A DNA stretch of 64,000 nucleotides from Candidatus Yanofskybacteria bacterium. GTDB lineage: Bacteria > Patescibacteriota > Minisyncoccia > 2-02-FULL-40-12 > IGHO2-01-FULL-4-A. Location of the stretch: positions 4,549-68,548 of the forward strand of contig JACPNJ010000005.1 of the NCBI GenBank assembly GCA_016185545.1. The letters run 5' to 3'. Made by a program: the position numbers and the translations under genes. The notes beneath the pieces are model-generated. The model worked only from the letters and a program-made list of their open reading frames with translations, was not told where the DNA came from and did not search any database. Below, piece by piece: positions 56,640-64,000 of the stretch; within the stretch, counting starts at the first letter, position 1, and each line of letters begins with the position of its first letter.

Positions 56640-58430
56640 TTAGGAGTCACGCCGTGCTTTGGAGCGGTCAAGCTTAGTCAGGTACTGCTTGCGAAGGCGC
56701 ACGCTTTTAGGAGTTATCTCAAGGTATTCATCCTCAGCCATTAACTCAAGCCCGCGTTCTATGGTCAGTTCAAGCGGCGGCGTAAGGTCAATCGCCTCAT
56801 CGGAGCCTGAAGCGCGCACATTAGTAAGCTGCTTGCCTTTGGTAGGGTTAACATACATTTCTTCGCCTTTAGAGGTATTGCCGATGACCATACCCTCGTA
56901 AACTTCGGTAGCCGGCCCAATATAAAGAACGCCTCGTTCCTGAAGACCCCACAATGAATAGCCAAGGGCTTTGCCATTTGCCATTGATATCATGGAACCA
57001 ACTGCCCGCTTGCGTATCTCGCCGGCATATGGCTTAAATCCAATAACCCGAGAAGACATGATTCCCTCGCCTTTTGTGTCTATGACAAACTGATTGCGAT
57101 AACCTAACAATCCACGCGTCGGCCCCTCAAATGAAAGCCGCATCAGCTCATGAGAATGCGCCAAGTTTGTCATCACAAACCCCCGCGTACCCAATCGCTC
57201 AATGATCAAGCCCTGATATTCAGCAGGAATATCTATAATTACCTCCTCAAACGGCTCTGACTTCACTCCTTTTTCTTCATGGATAATTACCTGCGGCTGT
57301 GAAACTTGTATTTCGTAACCAGCGCGGCGCATATTCTCAAGCAAAATAGCGATATGGAGTTCCCCGCGACCGCGGACAGAGAAACTATCAGTTGAATCAA
57401 AATTCACTTGAAGCCCGACATTTACTTCCAGCTCGCGCTCAAGATACTCGCGTAACTGACGAGAAGTTACAAATTTGCCCTCACGGCCGCCAAACGGCGA
57501 ATTGTTAATTAAAAAAGTGAGGGCGATAGTCGGCTCATCAATCGCTATGGCCGGCAACGGCTCTACTTCCATATCAGTAGTAACAGTTTCACCGATATCA
57601 ATATCGGCAAGTCCGGCGACCAAAACGATGTCACCAGCGCCAGCCTCGGAAATATCCACTTTTTTAAGGCCATCAAAAGTAAAAAGCTTGGTAATTTTAC
57701 CGGAACGTGTATCACCGTTTGGTTTTTTTATAAATACGCTTTGATTCGCCTTAGCCGAACCTTCGTATACGCGTGCGACGGCAAGCCGGCCCACGAAGTT
57801 ATCATAACCGAGATTGAATGGCTGCATCCGAAGCGGCTTGGTCTCCAATTCTACGGATGAAGCGCAAGGCACATGGGCAAGAATAGCATCCAAAAGCGGG
57901 GCAAGATTATCGGATTCGTCATTTATATTAAATTTTGCGATTCCGAGACGGCCAATGGTATAAACGACTGGAAAATTAGATTGCTGATTATTAGCACCCA
58001 GTTCAAGAAAAAGTTCTAACACCTGTTCTTCACAGCGGCGCGGATTAGCGGCTAGTTTATCTATTTTATTTATAATAACTATCGGTTTGAGTCCGAGTTC
58101 AAGAGATTTTTTTAGTACAAATCTAGTTTGCGGCATAGGTCCCTCTTGGGCGTCAACAACTAATAGCACTGAATCAATAGAACGCAAGACTCGTTCAACT
58201 TCCGAACCGAAATCGGCATGGCCGGGAGTATCCACGATATTTATTTTGGTTCCCTTATATGAAATAGCCGCGTTTTTTGAATAAATCGTAATACCGCGCT
58301 CCAGTTCAAGCGCATTTGAATCCATTGATACTCCCTCGGTAAGGGCCCCCGTCTGACGCATCAGCGCGTCAGTTAAAGTTGTTTTGCCATGGTCTACATG
58401 GGCTATTATGGCTATGTTTCTAATCTGCAT
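56640..58430 (-). CDS. typA: translational GTPase TypA/BipA
   Basis: IRNIAIIAHVDHGKTTLTDALM, DTPGHADF, NKIDK. The six-frame ORF extends to 58514, but the conserved N-terminus begins at MQIRN. Confidence 0.9.
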   Translation of the reverse strand: MQIRNIAIIAHVDHGKTTLTDALMRQTGALTEGVSMDSNALELERGITIYSKNAAISYKGTKINIVDTPGHADFGSEVERVLRSIDSVLLVVDAQEGPMPQTRFVLKKSLELGLKPIVIINKIDKLAANPRRCEEQVLELFLELGANNQQSNFPVVYTIGRLGIAKFNINDESDNLAPLLDAILAHVPCASSVELETKPLRMQPFNLGYDNFVGRLAVARVYEGSAKANQSVFIKKPNGDTRSGKITKLFTFDGLKKVDISEAGAGDIVLVAGLADIDIGETVTTDMEVEPLPAIAIDEPTIALTFLINNSPFGGREGKFVTSRQLREYLERELEVNVGLQVNFDSTDSFSVRGRGELHIAILLENMRRAGYEIQVSQPQVIIHEEKGVKSEPFEEVIIDIPAEYQGLIIERLGTRGFVMTNLAHSHELMRLSFEGPTRGLLGYRNQFVIDTKGEGIMSSRVIGFKPYAGEIRKRAVGSMISMANGKALGYSLWGLQERGVLYIGPATEVYEGMVIGNTSKGEEMYVNPTKGKQLTNVRASGSDEAIDLTPPLELTIERGLELMAEDEYLEITPKSVRLRKQYLTKLDRSKARRDS

Positions 58431-58518
58431 AATATTATTTAACAAAAATGGGCATTGCGCCCGATATTTGAAACTTTCTCTATAAGATTCACATACACTT
58501 TCCATTAAGTGCATCTAA

Positions 58519-58755
58519 CTAGATATCGGAATTAGAAGAAAGCCAATCAACCAGCCTCTTACGATGCCGATCAACTGACCACGCATCTTTATGCTTAAAA
58601 AGCGTAGGATGCGCATCCTGAAATTTTTTCAATATCGCAACCGAAGCGCGGGGAAAACCTGCCGGAATATTTTTATTATAGGATTCTAAAAACACCGGAA
58701 GGGTAACCGGCGCTTCATTTTGCTCTTTTTGTTCCTTATCCTTTTTATTCCTCAT
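58519..58755 (-). CDS. hypothetical small protein
   Basis: ORF only. Confidence 0.3.
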   Translation of the reverse strand: MRNKKDKEQKEQNEAPVTLPVFLESYNKNIPAGFPRASVAILKKFQDAHPTLFKHKDAWSVDRHRKRLVDWLSSNSDI

Positions 58756-58863
58756 ATCTTAAATTCATTTCAATGATACAACGAATCAATTCATAAATCA
58801 AGATCCAGCACAAAATTAAATTAAAAAGTAAAAGCCCTGCACAAATTACATGCAGGGCTCCAG

Positions 58864-59100
58864 CTATCTGGTGTTGCTACTTTCGAGCAGAGCCGCAGGA
58901 AAGTTGCTGCCCCAGTTGCTGCTGAGCCAGTAGTAGCCGCGACCCCACACCCCGCCGCTGAAATGCAGACAACAGATACACGGTTCCTCACCGGCGTCGA
59001 AGTAAGGCGTGGCCAAGAAGAAGATATAACGAGTCTTGCCATTCTCGTCCTTCTTCCAGTCCTCTGGGATGAGGTGAGGGTTGTCACAGAAGGTTCGCAT
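58864..59100 (-). CDS. GC-rich small ORF (78 aa) followed by a terminator hairpin
   Basis: The hairpin agccctgca..tgcagggct lies downstream; the composition is unlike its neighbours; W/G/Y-rich. Confidence 0.3.
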   Translation of the reverse strand: MRTFCDNPHLIPEDWKKDENGKTRYIFFLATPYFDAGEEPCICCLHFSGGVWGRGYYWLSSNWGSNFPAALLESSNTR

Positions 59101-59375
59101 TAAGCACGGTTTTAGAACCTATCTTGGAATATCTCTCGTCCGTCTTATCCTTATGCACTAATTCTTTGTGGGGTATTTCTCTTTTGGGTCTAGTTATTTT
59201 CATGGTTTAAGAGTATCTATTTTCCACGAAAAAGCAAAGACCCCATTAGGGGTCGATTTGCTTAGAAAGGTATTATTATAACAAATCCTTCAATTGCGGT
59301 TACTTGAGTTCCATGCCAGCGCATGCAGGCCCATGTCCTATTCACCCACCTAAATTTTTAAAATTCCAGATAAAG

Positions 59376-59446
59376 CTGCGAGGCCTGGACTCGAACCAGG
59401 ATACTGGGATTCAAAGTCCCATGTCCTACCTTTAGACGACCTCGCA
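59376..59446 (-). tRNA. tRNA-Gln (anticodon UUG)
   Basis: Acceptor UGCGAGG/CCUCGCA with U1:A72 and discriminator G, anticodon arm TGGGA-ctTTGaa-TCCCA, T-arm CCTGG-ttcgagt-CCAGG. Confidence 0.8.
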
Positions 59447-59488
59447 GCTTTATCGACAATTATTTTTTCAAAAACTTAGACGGGTAAT

Positions 59489-60175
59489 CTAGGCAACTCC
59501 GCAATTTTTACAAATACCTTCTATCCAACCGGCTATTTTCCTGTTTAAATCGGCACTTTTTTTGACATTAACCCTTAATAAACCGAAATAATCAATGCCG
59601 GTATTTTTTCTATATTTGGATAATTTATTTTTCTTAAAGTATGTTTTGTTAATTTTTGCTTCCACAATATTTTCCCAGTAATCTATAACGTTTGCAACAT
59701 TATTTTTGGAATTTTCATGAATGTATATTTCATAACCAATTTCTTCTAATTTTATACCTACGGATTCTTTCAACCATTTTAAAAATATCCTAATCATAAG
59801 CGGGTCTGAATTATTGAAAGAAACCTGCTGGCTAACGCTGTGTTTTTTTTCTTTGGTTCCCTCGGCCCAATAAAGGACACTGCCAATTAACCAGAGATCT
59901 TTTTTAGAGATTCGCCCAACATCCGCTATGGCAGATTCCCTGATTATTTTAGTCTTTTCAACCCTGTTTTGGTGTACTTTAATCCAACCTCTCTTCATGG
60001 CATCTAATTTCTTCTGTGTGAGTCTCTGTTTTTGTTCCCTGGAAAGATTAACTGATTTTAGCCATAGCGAAAGCGTTGATTTGGCCACTGGGACTTTTTT
60101 TAAAATTTCTGAATACGAAAAACCTCGCTTTCTCATGCCAATTGCCGCTCCCCTTTCTTTTGGTTTAATTACCAT
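59489..60175 (-). CDS. HTH-domain hypothetical protein next to tRNA-Gln
   Basis: GMRKRGFSYSEILKKVPVAKSTLSLWLK is resolvase/sigma-region-4-like HTH; the C-terminal domain is unassigned. Confidence 0.4.
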   Translation of the reverse strand: MVIKPKERGAAIGMRKRGFSYSEILKKVPVAKSTLSLWLKSVNLSREQKQRLTQKKLDAMKRGWIKVHQNRVEKTKIIRESAIADVGRISKKDLWLIGSVLYWAEGTKEKKHSVSQQVSFNNSDPLMIRIFLKWLKESVGIKLEEIGYEIYIHENSKNNVANVIDYWENIVEAKINKTYFKKNKLSKYRKNTGIDYFGLLRVNVKKSADLNRKIAGWIEGICKNCGVA

Positions 60176-60329
60176 TGAACCACGGATTTATACTCCTATT
60201 ATAGACTGCGTGGTTCACCAAATCAATTCTCTCATGTTGATAATTGCGAATTTGGCCCAAAAAATACAAGCATGATGCCACTTCATCACCCCGCAATTTC
60301 ATAAATTTTATCATAAAAATCAGCTTGAT

Positions 60330-61505
60330 TCAAGCTGATTTTTTACTGACTATTACGGAAAAGAGAAGGGCGGCGAAAAGAGAAAGCACCAACCCATAAA
60401 TAAACGGTAGAGTTTGGTTGACGTTCCATAGGAGTCCGGCAATTAGGCCGGCGGGGATGGCGGCAAGACCGGTAAATGTTTCAAAAGTACCCAAAGCGGT
60501 ACCACGTATTTCAACTCCAGATAGGTCGCAAACGAATGACTTTTGGCTAATATTTACCGTCGCTCTGAAAAGTCCATAGAGTGCGAATAGAATAAATAAA
60601 AAGATGAATGTCCAAGTACGGTCCGGCTGCCATAAAGAAATCGCGCCGAAACCAAAAAAAACAACGGCCAGTAAAATATAACTAGAGATTATAACCTTGC
60701 GCCGTCCGAATTTATCAGACCACGAACCGGCCAGAGTGGAAAAACCAGTATCAAAAATGCTGAAGAAAATATACAAAAGAAGGGTAGATGAGAGCGCTTT
60801 TTTAAAATTTAAATCACCAAAAAGCGTCTGGGTTTTGAGAATCATGAAAGCGTAACTGAAATTAGCTAGAGCGAAAACAGAAGCCACAAGTATAAATTTT
60901 TTCAACTGGGAAGACAGGCCCTCAAAGCCAATCGCTTTTTTCGCAATTTTTAATTGCTCCGGCACTTTCACGAAAATAATCGGCACCACCGCGAAAAGCG
61001 CGATGACGGCTGAAATTAAAAATATCTTGGAAAGGGCAAGGTCAAAATAAAAAACAAAAATTAAAACTGCCAGAGAGCCCAAAATGGCGCCGGCGCTGTC
61101 CATCGCCCGCTGAATCCCAAATCCTCTGCCCCGCCGCTCATGGGACAACGACTCTGATAAAATCGCGTCGCGTGGCGCGTCTCTGAAACCCTTGCCAATC
61201 CGCTCAATAGGTCTTACGGCCAAAATCTGCCGCCAAGATGAAGAAAGCGGATACAAAAACTTGGCTACAGCGGAAAAGGCATAACCGGCAAAAACAAAAG
61301 TTCTGTATTTTTTGGTTTTATCGGCCCAGCGGCCGGATATAACCTTAAAAACAGCCGCTACGGCATCACCGATGCCAAAAGCCAAACCGATTGCCACACC
61401 CGCCCCGCCTAGTGATTGTATAAAAAACGGCAAAATCGGAAAAACCATCTCGCTTGAAAAATCAGCTAGTAATGAAGTTAATCCCAAAAGAATTACATTT
61501 AACAT
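60330..61505 (-). CDS. MFS transporter
   Basis: Twelve predicted TM helices; GRWADK-type loop motif. Confidence 0.8.
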   Translation of the reverse strand: MLNVILLGLTSLLADFSSEMVFPILPFFIQSLGGAGVAIGLAFGIGDAVAAVFKVISGRWADKTKKYRTFVFAGYAFSAVAKFLYPLSSSWRQILAVRPIERIGKGFRDAPRDAILSESLSHERRGRGFGIQRAMDSAGAILGSLAVLIFVFYFDLALSKIFLISAVIALFAVVPIIFVKVPEQLKIAKKAIGFEGLSSQLKKFILVASVFALANFSYAFMILKTQTLFGDLNFKKALSSTLLLYIFFSIFDTGFSTLAGSWSDKFGRRKVIISSYILLAVVFFGFGAISLWQPDRTWTFIFLFILFALYGLFRATVNISQKSFVCDLSGVEIRGTALGTFETFTGLAAIPAGLIAGLLWNVNQTLPFIYGLVLSLFAALLFSVIVSKKSA

Positions 61506-61564
61506 AAGTAAATTATGCCTTAAATTATTAAAAAATCAAATAAAAAAGCCGCGGCTTGTCGGCT

Positions 61565-62299
61565 TTACTTGGATCCGTTCTGGGATTTCTCTTCTAGTAT
61601 GTTCAGGGTTTGCGTCGCAATATGCTTCACCATGGTCACTTCGTCCATGTGAGTCGTATCTACCAAAAATAGCTGTTTATAATCCGGAGAAAGTGCATTA
61701 TAGGCGCTCTTATAACGTTCTATCAGCGTACGCACGATTTGCGGACTTGTCGTTTCGCCAAGCTTGCGGCTTAAAGCTATTCTCAACTCTCTTTCGGCAG
61801 CTATGCCGGGATCGCAAATCATAAAATACGCGGCATCTATTTTATCCGTCCAAAATCGCAATAGAAAAAAATCTTGTATCATCTTTTTTTCTTTATCGGT
61901 CAACTTATTTTTTTCTGCCCAATACATCATCCAGCAAAAAGCATCAAAAATACAACGATCAAAAATAACTACATCATAAGGGTGTCCTGCGCTAAAATCT
62001 ATGAGCTGAGTAAGGGCGTATATGCCGGTTCTGATATTATAAAGGGGCGTGCTTCTACCGATATGGCGGATAACCTCTGCTCCTTCTTGAGGCCTCAACA
62101 CCCTGAATCCTTGCCTGCGCAAAAACTTATCCAATTCGGTAATAGTAGTGGTTTTACCTGATGACGGCGAACCGGTAAATTCCAGGAAAAATGGCCTTGG
62201 CAAGAATTGATCGTCATAACGCAGATGACTTTTGAGATAAGCAAGAATTTTTTGCGCTTTTTCTTCAAAAACATTTTCCTGCTTTAACAACTCGGGCAT
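61565..62299 (-). CDS. P-loop NTPase (nucleoside/nucleotide kinase-like), hypothetical
   Basis: Walker A FTGSPSSGKTT. Confidence 0.45.
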   Translation of the reverse strand: MPELLKQENVFEEKAQKILAYLKSHLRYDDQFLPRPFFLEFTGSPSSGKTTTITELDKFLRRQGFRVLRPQEGAEVIRHIGRSTPLYNIRTGIYALTQLIDFSAGHPYDVVIFDRCIFDAFCWMMYWAEKNKLTDKEKKMIQDFFLLRFWTDKIDAAYFMICDPGIAAERELRIALSRKLGETTSPQIVRTLIERYKSAYNALSPDYKQLFLVDTTHMDEVTMVKHIATQTLNILEEKSQNGSK

Positions 62300-62385
62300 A
62301 GTTAACTCCTATTTTAAAAATGCTTTCGTAGGAATATACTAAACAAATAGAATACCACTGTAAACCTAGACTTTTTTTAAAAAAT

Positions 62386-62955
62386 ATGACCAAACCAATA
62401 AATAAAATAATCGGTTTTGATTTAGACGGCGTTATCCTTAATCACACCCCCAACAAGCTGAACTTAGCAAAAAGTTTCGGTTGGAAATTAAGTCCAGAAC
62501 AAACCCACTCAGAAATAATCAGAACCATTATGCCGAAGCATGCGCTGGATCAACTGAAACTTACCCTATATGATGATCCGGAAGTATCATTAAAATCACC
62601 GGTAACAAGGGGGGCTAGAAGCACATTGTCGGAAATAAAAAATAAATACTCCTACTTTTTGATATCCAGGCGGAAAAAACCGGAAATAGCTATTAGAATC
62701 CTGAAAATTAAAAAACTGTGGCCCGAGTTTTTTAATGAGAACAATACATTTTTTGTTTCCAAACCAAAAGATAAAAATAAAATCGGCAAGAAACTAGGCA
62801 TCACTCACTATGTTGATGACGAACTAAGGGTTCTTGAAAAGCTTACTGACATTAAAAATAAAATACTTTTTGACCCATATAATTCATTTCCTTATGCTAC
62901 TAATTTTATAAAAGTAAAATCATGGAAAGAACTTTTTGGTTTAATCAACAGTTAG
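62386..62955 (+). CDS. HAD-superfamily hydrolase (5'-nucleotidase-like)
   Basis: Motif I IGFDLDGVI. Confidence 0.5.
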   Translation: MTKPINKIIGFDLDGVILNHTPNKLNLAKSFGWKLSPEQTHSEIIRTIMPKHALDQLKLTLYDDPEVSLKSPVTRGARSTLSEIKNKYSYFLISRRKKPEIAIRILKIKKLWPEFFNENNTFFVSKPKDKNKIGKKLGITHYVDDELRVLEKLTDIKNKILFDPYNSFPYATNFIKVKSWKELFGLINS

Positions 62956-63000
62956 ACTTAAAATAAAACATCCCGATACCGGGATGTTTTATTTTAAGTC
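62955..63000. terminator. 46-bp palindromic bidirectional terminator between convergent genes
   Basis: gacttaaaataaaacatcccg-atac-cgggatgttttattttaagtc. Confidence 0.6.
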
Positions 63001-63011
63001 TAGTATGCTGT

Positions 63012-63956
63012 TTATTGTTGATTACTATTAGTCGACAAATCTTCGTAAGGATGTTCAAGCTCGTAGCGATGCGTATACCACCGATACAGTATCCAACCGA
63101 CGGGCATGGGAAGCCAGAATGTGAAAGCGCGCAAGAGTAATGTCATGGCAAAAGCCGGCTGGGCCGGCACGCCAAAAGATATGAGAATCAGGGTCATGCC
63201 GCCTTCAAAAACACCGAGCCCGCCCGGAACAAAAGCAACCATGGACAAAAACTTAGTCAAGGTAAAAGTAATAAATGCCACCGAGAAACTGATTTTTGAA
63301 TCTAAGGCAAAAGACAAAAAATACAGTGTAAAAACACTGGCCAGTAAAATCATATTTTGCCAAAAAAATGCCAGCCAGAAAGGCCTGGCTCTTTTCTTTA
63401 GCTCTCCGAAATTAAAAGTTTCCTTGAACTGGTCTATAATCATTGCCACATGACTAGCATGATCAGCTCCGTTGTCTTTGTTATCGTCACCATTGCCGTT
63501 CTTTTTTTTGCGTCGGTTTTCAAAATAGGCATGTATTTTGTTAATCATCCATCGGGCAAATTTACCGCGTTTTCTTTTTTGTAAGGCTAAAAACCAAGAA
63601 AGAGCAATTACCGCGAAAAAAGCAAAAGCATAAATAAAAAATCTAGCTTCCGGATGTTGTCCCATAATGCCGTTTCGGAACATCATTACAGACGAAATTA
63701 CAAAAAAAACGCCGAAAGCCATATACAAAGTGGCAAGCTCCAAAAGCGCCCGTCCGATGCCTTCAGCCACGGTTAAACCGAATTTTTTAAGATAGTGAAC
63801 AAAAAATGCCTGCCCCGAGAAACCGGCTGATGGCAAGGCTTGATTAAGAAATTGTATGACAAAAGTTACGGGAAAAAGCTCCCTTACGCCAACTTCAAGG
63901 TCTTTAACGCGTAAAACATCTCGGTAATTAAGGGCGACAAAGTAATAACTAATCAC
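63012..63956 (-). CDS. UPF0104/lysylphosphatidylglycerol-synthase-TM-region-like membrane protein
   Basis: Polytopic; weak resemblance to the MprF-type flippase domain; its N-terminus may extend past the window edge. Confidence 0.45.
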   Translation of the reverse strand: MISYYFVALNYRDVLRVKDLEVGVRELFPVTFVIQFLNQALPSAGFSGQAFFVHYLKKFGLTVAEGIGRALLELATLYMAFGVFFVISSVMMFRNGIMGQHPEARFFIYAFAFFAVIALSWFLALQKRKRGKFARWMINKIHAYFENRRKKKNGNGDDNKDNGADHASHVAMIIDQFKETFNFGELKKRARPFWLAFFWQNMILLASVFTLYFLSFALDSKISFSVAFITFTLTKFLSMVAFVPGGLGVFEGGMTLILISFGVPAQPAFAMTLLLRAFTFWLPMPVGWILYRWYTHRYELEHPYEDLSTNSNQQ

Positions 63957-64000
63957 CTGCGTGACAATGACGCCAAATAACCAAAAAAAATTGGAACGGA

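Noticed and set aside
58864-59100. A second DGR variable region in the W/G-rich small ORF
   Set aside because: No nucleotide similarity to the TR was found, and there is no second TR or RT.

Overview
This is a low-GC (about 38-40%) bacterial chromosomal segment with small, compact genes. The gene content (groES/groEL with a CIRCE operator, MurJ, MurC, RNase J, YchF, TypA, TrpS, a type-5 solute-binding protein, a PMT-like glycosyltransferase, a MoxR-DUF58-VWA Bat-like operon, HicAB) is compatible with a Patescibacteria/CPR-like or similar reduced genome; this placement is inference. Most of the window is housekeeping. The standout locus is a complete diversity-generating retroelement (DGR) at about 38.5-40.9 kb. 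It has a DGR-type reverse transcriptase, a bAvd-like accessory gene, a ~140-bp template repeat (TR), and a variable repeat (VR) at the 3' end of a 217-aa target gene. TR and VR differ at 16-17 positions across ~133 aligned bp, and all of them are adenines on the TR coding strand, with no other mismatches. The locus is unusual in two ways: avd is inverted relative to RT, TR and target, and a C10/G10 homopolymer sits exactly where the divergent RT and avd 5' ends overlap, so a single tract-length change would put both genes in frame with proper ATG starts. The window is also full of small repeat families. Short perfect palindromic elements are inserted in frame inside murC, trpS and a nucleotidyltransferase gene, much like Rickettsia palindromic elements. 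A MITE-like aattcga/ttcggatt element occurs between groES and groEL and in frame inside uvrC. Heptamer tandem arrays occur in both coding and intergenic DNA. A ~165-nt leader with compensatory base changes precedes both trpS and an RRM RNA-binding protein gene. The 3' end of tRNA-Leu is followed by 2.1 tandem copies of a 173-bp unit. Two inverted ~190-bp MITE-like elements flank a 2.3-kb segment carrying a hypothetical gene, a terminator-ended sRNA candidate and a ~530-nt GC-rich ncRNA candidate with near-consensus promoter and terminator. Two tRNAs (Leu-CAG, Gln-UUG) are present.
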